Both the position numbers and the translations under genes were made by a program. Under the pieces are notes generated by a model. It searched no databases and was not told where the DNA came from. It saw only the letters and a list, made by a program, of their open reading frames with translations. Shown one piece after another: positions 8,010-16,711 of a stretch of DNA of 40,695 nt; position 1 is the stretch's first letter; every line of letters begins with the position of its first letter. The stretch lies in the sequence record SRR20825019_1894; one strand, 5' to 3'.

Positions 8010-8930
8010 CTATCCTCTGCCGTCGCCGGAGCGGTGGAAATCCGGCACCATCAACGCAATCAGTGCCGGCACGTCGATCACTTCGTGGAACGCGCCCTTA
8101 TGGGAGATCACCCGTGCCTGGGTGTCATCGTCGGACGGCCGCACCGGACTCTCGTCAACGACGATACCCAGCACCTTCTCCGTGGCGATCGACCATTTCT
8201 GCCCATAGTAATTCACGATGATATGGATGGTCTGATCGGCGAAGCCGCCGCGCGACAGGCGCAGGACAGGCATCACGGTACCGCTAACCTCGATGACGGA
8301 GTCGAGCTTCACACCGGGCCGCTTGGGCAGCGGCGTGGTCTCCACCTCGTCGATCGCCCGTTCAACCAGACTGGAATCCACGGCATAGAGATGATCGCGA
8401 ATGGTCAGCGCCATGTAGCGCTGGCGCGGCCGTTCGACCACCTTTTCCTGTTCGGAGACCAGCTTCATGGCACGCTGGTCGGAGATCAGCGGCAAGGCAC
8501 TTTGCGCATTGAACCAACGGTCCGGATCGACCGCCTGGACCAGATTGCCGTCATCGTCGAGATAGGCGTGCTGCGGCTGATCCGTCGCCACCAGCCCCTT
8601 GGTCGGGTGGGCCGGATCGAAATTCCGGATGCCGATGATCTTCTGCACCGCGAGGCCGATCACCGCATGACCGCGCTGCAGGATGATACACATCGGCAGA
8701 TCGGTTTCGGGATCGTGCGAGCCGGCGCGAACCACCACAAGCGGGATCGGCTCCTTCCGGAGCACCATGACACCGATATATTCGTCCGCCTCGCCCTCGA
8801 TCGGCTCCATGTTCTCGATCTCGACGACCTCACGGACGCCCGAAAGCCTCACGCCGTACCGGCGGCCATCCGACTGGAACAGCAGAACCGGGATCTTCTG
8901 GGTCTCGAAGGTACTCTCCACGGCGCTCAT
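8010..8930 (-). CDS. cheW: Tandem (two-domain) CheW-like scaffold protein
   Basis: Two CheW-like repeats (LLFQSDGRRYGVRLSGVREVV...IGVMVLRKEPIPLV and MALTIRDHLYAVDSSLVERA...VIEVSGTVMPVLRL), directly upstream of cheA. Confidence 0.85.
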   Translation of the reverse strand: MSAVESTFETQKIPVLLFQSDGRRYGVRLSGVREVVEIENMEPIEGEADEYIGVMVLRKEPIPLVVVRAGSHDPETDLPMCIILQRGHAVIGLAVQKIIGIRNFDPAHPTKGLVATDQPQHAYLDDDGNLVQAVDPDRWFNAQSALPLISDQRAMKLVSEQEKVVERPRQRYMALTIRDHLYAVDSSLVERAIDEVETTPLPKRPGVKLDSVIEVSGTVMPVLRLSRGGFADQTIHIIVNYYGQKWSIATEKVLGIVVDESPVRPSDDDTQARVISHKGAFHEVIDVPALIALMVPDFHRSGDGRG

Positions 8931-9352
8931 GCCGATGCCCCCCGGGCAGCATCCTGTTCATCCATCAGCCTGTTAATCGTATCGATCAACAGACTTCCCC
9001 CGCTGGCATCAACATCCCGGCTGACGGAGCCGGATGGCTTGCCGATCACGGCATCCGCGCCAACAAGTCGTGCCTCGACAGCCTTGGGAGATGCCGGATG
9101 CGTCAGGGAAGACAGGACAATGACCTTGGCCGGAGACAAAATACGCAAGCGGCGCAGGCATTCGATCCCGTTCATCACCGGCATTTCGATGTCGAGAGTG
9201 ACCACATCCGGGTTCAACTCCCTGGCGAGATCGACGCCCTCGCGGCCATTTTCGGCCTCTCCGACAACTTCGAATCCCTCGGCCCGATCAAGAATGGTCT
9301 TGATCGTCAGGCGGACCAGACGCGAGTCATCGACAATCAGAACCTTAGGCAT
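8927..9352 (-). CDS. Stand-alone response regulator receiver domain of CheB type
   Basis: VLIVDDS, PDVVTLDIEMPVMNG, LSSLT and GADAVIGKP: all phosphorylation-site residues are present and there is no output domain. Confidence 0.9.
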   Translation of the reverse strand: MPKVLIVDDSRLVRLTIKTILDRAEGFEVVGEAENGREGVDLARELNPDVVTLDIEMPVMNGIECLRRLRILSPAKVIVLSSLTHPASPKAVEARLVGADAVIGKPSGSVSRDVDASGGSLLIDTINRLMDEQDAARGASA

Positions 9353-9647
9353 GCGGGAACCATTTGCCAGGGGTGGAAACCATCTTCAAATCAAGGGCTT
9401 CATGGTTCCATATCAGCCCGGCTTTGCCTACCGGCAAATTGCCGGAAGAGCGCCTGCGGGGATGAATATTCCGCGCATCGGAGCGTCCGGCCACCCGGCT
9501 GACGGAGCGCCGGGCCGAGCCCCGGTTACCCGCCATGCCGCCACACTTTGAATTTCTTGAAATCAACGCGCAATCAAGCGCTTGCCCTCTGCCAGAGGCT
9601 ATAGGACGATAGGAACGCCCCATGACACGCGTCGCGATGGACATGAC

Positions 9648-10352
9648 ATGACCGAACAGAATGTGATCCCGAACGGAACCCAGAACGGTTCCGGTGAATT
9701 GCTCGCCTGGCACTTCGTCGACGAAGCGCTGCGTGACGGCCAGCCCGTGCCGCCGGATGGCGAGAAACTCACGCATGGCGCGCCGCCCTCTCTGTGCGTC
9801 TCCGGCCTGCATGCTTCGGAGCGCATTATCGACGCTCTCAAATACGCCCCCGGGAACACCATCTGCCGGGTTGAATGCGAAGATCTCGCGACCCGGCAGG
9901 ACGACAAGCTGGTCTGCGCCACACGCACCGTTCTGTGGCGCGTCGACGGCGAGGATCTGCTCAGGGAGTTTGCCCGCAAGGTCGCCCTTGATGTCGCCGA
10001 TCTGTGGAACATCCCGGACGGTGTCCGCAAATTCCTGGAAACCGGAAACGAAAACTTCCGTGTCGCCGCCAGAGCGGAAGCACGGGATCTGTCCCGGGCC
10101 TATGTCCGGGAGGATAATGTCACCGCAGCGGCTGCGGCCGAGGCCGCGCGTGCCGCCGCCGCCCGCACCCATGCCGCCCGCGCGACGGCTCTGGCAGCGG
10201 CCTGGGCCGCGAACCGGGCGCGCGGCGATGCCGGAACCTGGGAACGCTACAACACGCTTCTGGAAAACCTCGTCGAGACGGCGCGAACCGCCGGGGACGG
10301 CGACGACGAGTGGGGCGATTTCGCCGACGAACTCGAAATGGAACTGGGCTGA
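9648..10352 (+). CDS. Hypothetical protein resembling phage-encoded CxxGLHA-motif proteins with an Ala-rich helical region
   Basis: AWHF...LRDG...LCVSGLHAS...DALKYAPG...CRVE...DKLV...W...FAR.VAL, then an Ala-rich run and an acidic tail. ATG 9648 is preferred over TTG 9582. Confidence 0.7.
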   Translation: MTEQNVIPNGTQNGSGELLAWHFVDEALRDGQPVPPDGEKLTHGAPPSLCVSGLHASERIIDALKYAPGNTICRVECEDLATRQDDKLVCATRTVLWRVDGEDLLREFARKVALDVADLWNIPDGVRKFLETGNENFRVAARAEARDLSRAYVREDNVTAAAAAEAARAAAARTHAARATALAAAWAANRARGDAGTWERYNTLLENLVETARTAGDGDDEWGDFADELEMELG

Positions 10353-10366
10353 CACGTAGCGAGCAC

Positions 10367-12100
10367 TCACCCGAAGAAGCCACAACGGTGCAGCTGCTCG
10401 TGGAATTTCCGTAGCGTGTTGGCCTGCTCTTTCGGGTCGGGAATCTGGGAGACCAGTTCCGACTCGAAATTCGGCCGTTTCAGATGATTGACGATAATTT
10501 CCCGGGCCAGATTTGACGCCTTGCCTTTCGGCAGCATTTCCGGCTGCACCATGCTTACCAGCATGAAGGCCCGGACATGCAGCGGACGTTCGGAATTATC
10601 GATCTTGTCCAGGATCTTGCCCTTCACGATGTAGGAAGCCAGCAGCTCGTCTATACGGTTGGTGAGCTGCTCCTTTCTGTTATCCGGCAGGGCCGATTTT
10701 GTGATCCTGTTGAAGATTGACGTGATCTTCGCCATTTTCTTGTTCGGCGGCAGTTTTTCCCGCACCAGATGGTTCACCGAGGGGGACCCGACAAGCAGCG
10801 CATCAAGATGATTGTCGATCTCCGCGCCAAGCACTTCCGAGCCGAGCTTGCTTTCCAGCAGCGACAGCAGATAACCGGCCTTGCGCCCCGGATCGGCCAG
10901 CGTCGGCAAGACGGACGCCGCCGCTTCCTTCATGCCTTTCTGGCCACCCTTATTGATGATCGTTGACTGGCGGGTGGTCACGGCCTCTGCCATATCCGCC
11001 CCGCCGATTATATTGATGTCAGGGATCAGCTTATTCAGCAGGCCGTGGAACACCTCGCGTTCCTCTTCCCGGTCCCCCTTGGAGAGCGGGCTCAGCCCCT
11101 CAAGCTGACGGCGGACGCGATCCACCAGGACAGTCTTGCTCTCCGGAAGTTTGCCTGCGCCGATCAGTTTGTTGAGCTGGATATTCGTGTAGGCGGGATG
11201 CTCGATTGTCAGGTTCTCGGGCTCTTCGCCGATCGGCTCCCCATTCGCAAAACAGATCATCGTGATCAGCGCACTGGCCAGATCTCGCTGATGGCCAAGC
11301 ATGTCGCGCAGCACATCCGCATTATGGAGAATATCGGATATGTAGATATCCAGCGCCGCTATCGTCGCCGGATCCTCGGCGATCACGGCCCAGTCGACGA
11401 CCTGCCCCAGCTTGCCGACAAAACTCCGGTTCTCCACAAGCTCCGTCGCGAGCGCGGACCGGATCAGATAATCAAGTTCTTCCGGCGCCGCGGATGCCTT
11501 CAGCTCGGCAATGCCCTCATTCAGCCCGGTATCGCGGATACGGGGCATCGGGCGTTGCAGCGTCTTCTGTGCCAGATGATTGACCTGGTCGACATAGGCG
11601 AACAGCGTTTCGCGACGCTCATTCGCATTCGTGTCTTCCAGCTTCGCGGCCTGGAATGTCGCCACCTTGGCCACAGCAGAGAAAAGCAGTGTACCGTCAT
11701 CCAGCAGGCGTTTCATCTCGCGCGCTGAGTGCATGACTTCGGTTGCTGTCAGATTATGTTTGTCGAGATAGGCCCGGAACAGACGGTTGATCGTCGTCCG
11801 GCCATCCGTCGCATAGAAGTCATCAAGCGTGTAGCAGACCGGCGCATCGTCGATATTCTGGATGAAGACCTTCTCGTCACCCTTCGGCTTTATCCGCTCG
11901 AAGAGGATGTCTTCAGGGCCCAGACTGTTAACTGGCTTGCCGGTATCGGATACGACCCGAACCCCCTCATTCCCGGCCCGGGAGAGGATCTTCATGGCTT
12001 CGGCCTGAGCAGCATCCTTGGACGTCTCGGTGGCCACGATTGACCACGATCCGTCTCGGAGTGTCAGTATCTCGAATACCTTATTTGAACTACCAAACAC
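10367..12100 (-). CDS. Hypothetical protein, 577 aa, predicted soluble and mostly helical
   Basis: Long ORF with protein-like composition, GTG start, no signal peptide or TM segment, and no catalytic motif I recognise. Confidence 0.8.
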   Translation of the reverse strand: MFGSSNKVFEILTLRDGSWSIVATETSKDAAQAEAMKILSRAGNEGVRVVSDTGKPVNSLGPEDILFERIKPKGDEKVFIQNIDDAPVCYTLDDFYATDGRTTINRLFRAYLDKHNLTATEVMHSAREMKRLLDDGTLLFSAVAKVATFQAAKLEDTNANERRETLFAYVDQVNHLAQKTLQRPMPRIRDTGLNEGIAELKASAAPEELDYLIRSALATELVENRSFVGKLGQVVDWAVIAEDPATIAALDIYISDILHNADVLRDMLGHQRDLASALITMICFANGEPIGEEPENLTIEHPAYTNIQLNKLIGAGKLPESKTVLVDRVRRQLEGLSPLSKGDREEEREVFHGLLNKLIPDINIIGGADMAEAVTTRQSTIINKGGQKGMKEAAASVLPTLADPGRKAGYLLSLLESKLGSEVLGAEIDNHLDALLVGSPSVNHLVREKLPPNKKMAKITSIFNRITKSALPDNRKEQLTNRIDELLASYIVKGKILDKIDNSERPLHVRAFMLVSMVQPEMLPKGKASNLAREIIVNHLKRPNFESELVSQIPDPKEQANTLRKFHEQLHRCGFFG

Positions 12101-12401
12101 GTGTGTACCCGCACTTACTTTCTGTCTTCAACCGGCCCTTTCAGCGACATTCTCTCGCTTGTTTGGCCGATATTAGCGCGAATTTATAACTAATAGAATC
12201 TTAACACTCTTCCACGCCAACTCAAACACGAATGCGATTGAGTTGAAGTCATGGGATAAATTGCAATTCCTGTGCCTGTTTGCACAACATTCAAAATTTC
12301 GATAAATCGCAGTCATAAACGGCTGGAGTTGCCCGGACACTCCGAAAGCCGCTCATGCGGCCATGCCCCAGAAGAAATGCCCCGGAAGACAGGCGCCGGG
12401 A

Positions 12402-13388
12402 TTATTCAGCGAAATGGCAGGCAACTTTATGCCCGGTCGAAAGTTCGCGCCAGACAGGAACCTCTGCGGAGCAACGCGCTTCCGCGACAGGGCATCGCGT
12501 GTGGAAACGGCATCCGGAAGGTTTGTTGAGGGGAGACGGGATTTCGCCCTCCAGCTTCTGTGCCTTGCCCCGGTCGTCAGGATCAAGCGACGGGATCGCG
12601 GACAGCAATGCTTTCGTATAGGGATGCTTTGGCCCGCTGAACAGCTCACGGCTCGGCGCCATTTCGACAATCGCCCCCAGATACATCACCGCCACATAGT
12701 CGCAGGTGTGGGCCACAACACTGAGATCGTGGCTGATGAACAGGAAGGTGATGTCCATATCCTTCTGCAATGATTTCAGAAGGTTCAGGATGTCCGCCTG
12801 AATGGAGACATCGAGAGCCGCCACACTCTCGTCCGCGACAAGGAATTTCGGCTCGCAGACAAGGGCCCGCGCGATGGAAATGCGCTGCCGCTGACCGCCC
12901 GAAAAAGCATGCGGGAACCGCCGCAGATGCTCCAGGTTCAACCGGCACTTCGCGGCAATCTCCCGGACACGCTCATCGGTTTCCGCCCGTGACTTGGTGA
13001 GCTTCATGACTTCCAGCGGCTCGGCAATAATGTCCCGCACTGTCATGCGCGGGCTCAGCGCCGCATAGGGGTCCTGAAAAATCAACTGGGCACGGCGGCG
13101 ATAATCCTTCAGCTCGGCCTTGCTCATCATCGCGACATCGAAATCGACATCCTTGTCGCGATACCGCACCTCGCCACCCGATATCGGCGCTGCCTTGAGG
13201 ATCGCGCGGCCGAGCGTGGTCTTGCCGGAACCGCTTTCGCCGACCAGACCGAAGAAAGACCCGCGGGGTATATCCAGCGACACCTCATCCACCGCCTTCA
13301 GAACATTGCCGCCGCCAAGAAGGCCTTTGCCGACACCGAAATGAACGGAGAGGTTATTCACCCAGACATGGCTATCCTGAACGCTCAC
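12402..13388 (-). CDS. Dpp/Opp-family ABC transporter ATP-binding protein (DppF/OppF-like)
   Basis: Walker A GESGSGKT, FSGGQRQR, VADE, and C-terminal GCRFHTRCP...VACH. Confidence 0.93.
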   Translation of the reverse strand: MSVQDSHVWVNNLSVHFGVGKGLLGGGNVLKAVDEVSLDIPRGSFFGLVGESGSGKTTLGRAILKAAPISGGEVRYRDKDVDFDVAMMSKAELKDYRRRAQLIFQDPYAALSPRMTVRDIIAEPLEVMKLTKSRAETDERVREIAAKCRLNLEHLRRFPHAFSGGQRQRISIARALVCEPKFLVADESVAALDVSIQADILNLLKSLQKDMDITFLFISHDLSVVAHTCDYVAVMYLGAIVEMAPSRELFSGPKHPYTKALLSAIPSLDPDDRGKAQKLEGEIPSPLNKPSGCRFHTRCPVAEARCSAEVPVWRELSTGHKVACHFAE

Positions 13389-14395
13389 GACACGGTCTCC
13401 CGAGCTGTTTCAACCGCGACGCAAGCCGCCTGGTGACTTGCCGACACACTGACCGCATCGGGCCGGACCGCATCGCAGGTCCCCGGAATGAATTTCGGAC
13501 ACCTTGTGTGAAACACACACCCGTCCGGGCGCTCAAGCGGACTCGGGATATCGCCGGGAACAGGCGTCAGCGGCTCATCCAGATGATCGAGCTTGGGCAG
13601 TGCGTTGAGCAGGCCCTGGGTATAGGGATGGGCCGGCGTGCGGATAACCTCACGCACGCTGCCGGTTTCCATCACCCGGCCGAGATACATCACCGCCACC
13701 CGGTCCGCAGTCTGCGCAATTACCCCAAGATCGTGGGTGATGAAGAGGATGGCCATGCCGAATTCGCCGATCAAATCCTTCATCAGATCGATCACCTGGG
13801 CCTGGATGGTCACATCAAGCGCCGTGGTCGGCTCGTCCGCGATCAGCAACTTCGGCTTGGTCGACAACGCCATGGCGATCATCGCCCGCTGCCGCATGCC
13901 CCCGGAGAACTCGAACGCATACTGATCGATCCGCTTGCCCGCATCGGAAATGCCGACCCGGTCCAGCATCTCAACCGAAAGCTCCCGCGCCTGCTTCTTG
14001 TTCATCGTGCTGTGCAGCAGGAGCTGTTCGACCATCTGGTCGCCAATGGTGATGGCCGGCGCGAAGCTCGCCATCGGTTCCTGAAAGATCATCGAGATGG
14101 CACCACCCCGGATGATTTTCAGATCCTTCTGTTTCGTCAGGGACAGGATATCAACCGGCCCCTCCTCCAGATTGAGCGTGATCCGGCTGTCCTGGCCGTA
14201 GACCGTGTTGCCCGCATTCAGCTTCATCAGCGCCTTGGCGGTCACCGACTTGCCGGAGCCGCTCTCGCCAACCAGTCCAAGCACTTCACCGGCGGCGATA
14301 TCAAAGGAAACATTATCGACAGTGGTGATCAGGCCTTCGTCGGTCCTGAACTGCACCGTCAGATTGCGGACGGAAAGAAGCGGTGCCGCCATCAT
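13385..14395 (-). CDS. Dpp/Opp-family ABC transporter ATP-binding protein (DppD/OppD-like)
   Basis: [32 protein letters not shown] and GCVFHTRCP. Start placed at the ATGA overlap with the permease stop. Confidence 0.93.
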   Translation of the reverse strand: MMAAPLLSVRNLTVQFRTDEGLITTVDNVSFDIAAGEVLGLVGESGSGKSVTAKALMKLNAGNTVYGQDSRITLNLEEGPVDILSLTKQKDLKIIRGGAISMIFQEPMASFAPAITIGDQMVEQLLLHSTMNKKQARELSVEMLDRVGISDAGKRIDQYAFEFSGGMRQRAMIAMALSTKPKLLIADEPTTALDVTIQAQVIDLMKDLIGEFGMAILFITHDLGVIAQTADRVAVMYLGRVMETGSVREVIRTPAHPYTQGLLNALPKLDHLDEPLTPVPGDIPSPLERPDGCVFHTRCPKFIPGTCDAVRPDAVSVSASHQAACVAVETARETVS

Positions 14396-15588
14396 TTGTG
14401 ATCCGAATAAGGGTCTGCCGCATCGCGCAGCCCGTCGCCGACAAAGACGAAGGCCAGCACCATGCCGACAAAGAAAATGACCGGGATGAAGTACCACTGG
14501 TAATTCAGCAGGACGTCCGCGCTGGTAACGCTCTGCAGCAGCACGCCGAGTGAATTAACCGGCTCCTTCAGGCCGAGGCCGATGAAGCTGAGCGCGGTTT
14601 CCGAGAGCACCATGTAGGGGAACGAAATCACCAGATCGACGATGATATAGCTGGTGAAACTCGGCAGCAGATGGCGCCGGATGACATGACTGGGAGAGGC
14701 ACCGCACATCCGGGCTGCCAGCACATATTCCTGGTTCCGCTCGGTCAGCAAGTGCGTCCGGACACGCCGGGCCAGCGTCGGCCAACCAATGAAGCCGAGA
14801 ATAATGGAGATGAAGAAGAACCGGGCTTCCGAGCTCCAGTCGTCCGGAACGAACGCGGCCAGCGCCATGAACAGCGGGATCGCCGGCACGGTCCTGATCG
14901 CGTCCGTGAACATCTGCAGACAGCCATCGATCCAGCCGCCAAAATAACCAGACACGCCACCGATCACCAGAGCCAGCACGAAACTGATGAAGACGCCGAT
15001 GGTGCCGACGGCAAGCGAAGTATAGATCGCGTGCAGGGTGCGGGAAAAGATGTCCTTCCCAGCATGATCCGTGCCGAAGATATGGATGCCGCCCTTGTCC
15101 ACACCAAACAGGTGCGTGGTCATCCGGAAACCCGGGATCGAGATATCCAGCGCCTCGCCCGGCAGGTTCAGCTCGAAACTGAACATCCGGTATTCCCAGC
15201 CGGTCGGAAACAGCTCGACATAGCGCCGCTGCTCCGTGTTGATTTCCGTCACCCAGCGGAAGTTCGTCTTGATCGAGCGGGTCCGCTCCAGCGTGTGCAG
15301 GAAGGGCCGCAGGGAGCAACCGTTGTGATCGCAGAACATCGGGATCTGCGGCGCGCCGTTCTGATACTCCTTGTCGCGTCCCGCAATGGTCGGGTCATAC
15401 GGGGAGAGAAAGGGGGCGAAGAACCCCATGAGGGTAATGGTGATCAGCACCATGCCGGCGATCATCGCCGCCCTGTTTTTCTTGAAGCGCGCCCAGACGA
15501 GTTGCATCTGGCTGGCCGTGAAATAGGCTTCCTTGGATTTCTGGTCCGCGCTTTTCACTGGCGCGCCCGTGACTGTCTGATCGACCAT
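14392..15588 (-). CDS. ABC transporter permease (DppC/OppC-like)
   Basis: FGTDHAGKDIFSR, EAA-loop EYVLAARMCGAS, ETALSFIGLG and multiple TM helices. Confidence 0.92.
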   Translation of the reverse strand: MVDQTVTGAPVKSADQKSKEAYFTASQMQLVWARFKKNRAAMIAGMVLITITLMGFFAPFLSPYDPTIAGRDKEYQNGAPQIPMFCDHNGCSLRPFLHTLERTRSIKTNFRWVTEINTEQRRYVELFPTGWEYRMFSFELNLPGEALDISIPGFRMTTHLFGVDKGGIHIFGTDHAGKDIFSRTLHAIYTSLAVGTIGVFISFVLALVIGGVSGYFGGWIDGCLQMFTDAIRTVPAIPLFMALAAFVPDDWSSEARFFFISIILGFIGWPTLARRVRTHLLTERNQEYVLAARMCGASPSHVIRRHLLPSFTSYIIVDLVISFPYMVLSETALSFIGLGLKEPVNSLGVLLQSVTSADVLLNYQWYFIPVIFFVGMVLAFVFVGDGLRDAADPYSDHK

Positions 15589-15592
15589 CGTC

Positions 15593-16603
15593 CTAGCCCC
15601 CCATCACGCTTTTGCGCACTCGCGGATCGATCACCGAGAGCAGGATATCGGTCACGAAATTGAGCGACACGATGGAAGCCGTCAGCATGAAGATAATCGC
15701 CCCCGCGAGCTGCTGGTCATTCGACCGTGCCAGCCCTTCCAGCAGCAGAGAGCCAGCTTCCGAAAGCGTCAGGATCACCGCCACGATAGGCAGCTCGTTG
15801 AAAACACGGTTCAGGTCGAACCCGAGGGAATTGATGATCGGCCCGAGGGCATGTCGGGCTGGATAGCGCCAGAGCAGCTTGCCGCCGGTCACCCCCCTCG
15901 CCCGCGCCGCCGTGACATAGAGTTTTCCGTATTCGTCCGACATCAGCGCCCGCACGGTCTGCAGGGCGAAGGCCGTGGCGGACCAGCCGAGAATGAAGAT
16001 CGGCAGCCAGGCGTGCGACAGGAAATCGATCACCCGGTCATAGGACCAGGGCGCGTCCCGGAACTCCTTTGAGAACATACCCGTCAGGGTGTCGCCAAAG
16101 ACCATGGTCGAGAACAGCATGATCATCAGCGCCAGCAGGAAATTAGGCAGGGCAAGGCCGAGATAGGAGACCAGCCGCAGACCGTTATTCATGCCCGGGC
16201 TTGCCACCGTCGCGGATATGATGCCGACGGGCAGTGCGATCAGGTAGGCGACAAGAAGGGCTGTGAAACAGATCCCGAGGGAAACCCAGATCTTCTCGCC
16301 GAGAAGCTGGTTGATGTTGACGCGCAGGATGCAGCTGTCACCGAAATCGCCACGCAGGAACACATTGCCGACCCAACCCGCCCAGCGCTGGATATAGGGC
16401 TTGTCGAGACCAAGGCGCTTCTCTTCAGCCCGAATATTCTCGATGCTGATCTGTTCGCCCTGGGTGTTCTTGAAGGCGAGATACCGTTCCGCGCAGTTCC
16501 CCGGCACCATCTCCATCAAGGTGAAGACGATAAAGGAAACCAGCAACAGCGTGATCACGGCCATGGCCGCGCGCGTGCAGGCAAATTGAATGAATCTCAG
16601 CAT
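15593..16603 (-). CDS. ABC transporter permease (DppB/OppB-like)
   Basis: GLDKPY...GDFGDS, YVTAARARG and DILLSVIDPRVR. Confidence 0.92.
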   Translation of the reverse strand: MLRFIQFACTRAAMAVITLLLVSFIVFTLMEMVPGNCAERYLAFKNTQGEQISIENIRAEEKRLGLDKPYIQRWAGWVGNVFLRGDFGDSCILRVNINQLLGEKIWVSLGICFTALLVAYLIALPVGIISATVASPGMNNGLRLVSYLGLALPNFLLALMIMLFSTMVFGDTLTGMFSKEFRDAPWSYDRVIDFLSHAWLPIFILGWSATAFALQTVRALMSDEYGKLYVTAARARGVTGGKLLWRYPARHALGPIINSLGFDLNRVFNELPIVAVILTLSEAGSLLLEGLARSNDQQLAGAIIFMLTASIVSLNFVTDILLSVIDPRVRKSVMGG

Positions 16604-16614
16604 ATCCCCGCCCC

Positions 16615-16702
16615 CGTCGGTCTTAGATTGACCGATCTTTTGAGGTCATCAATCTAAAGCCGACGCGGTCAGGACCGGAGCAAATGCCCCGGTCCCGCCG
16701 CG
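16615..16702. repeat. Two adjacent intergenic inverted repeats between the SBP and permease genes
   Basis: CGTCGGTCTTAGATTGA...TCAATCTAAAGCCGACG (16615-16665) and GGACCGGAGCA-AA-TGCCCCGGTCC (16672-16695). Confidence 0.7.
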
Positions 16703-16711
16703 CGGAGATCA

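Noticed and set aside
8004-10385. Long ORFs 8004..9551 (+) and 9345..10385 (-)
   Set aside because: They are antisense to cheW/REC and the phage-like gene and show no motifs, as expected for GC-rich shadow frames.
9582-12100. Prophage or genomic island around the phage-like gene
   Set aside because: No integrase, tRNA, att repeats or structural genes, and no obvious compositional break.
14396-14497. Upstream extension of the DppD-like ORF
   Set aside because: It overlaps the permease. The ATGA-coupled start at 14395 is more plausible.
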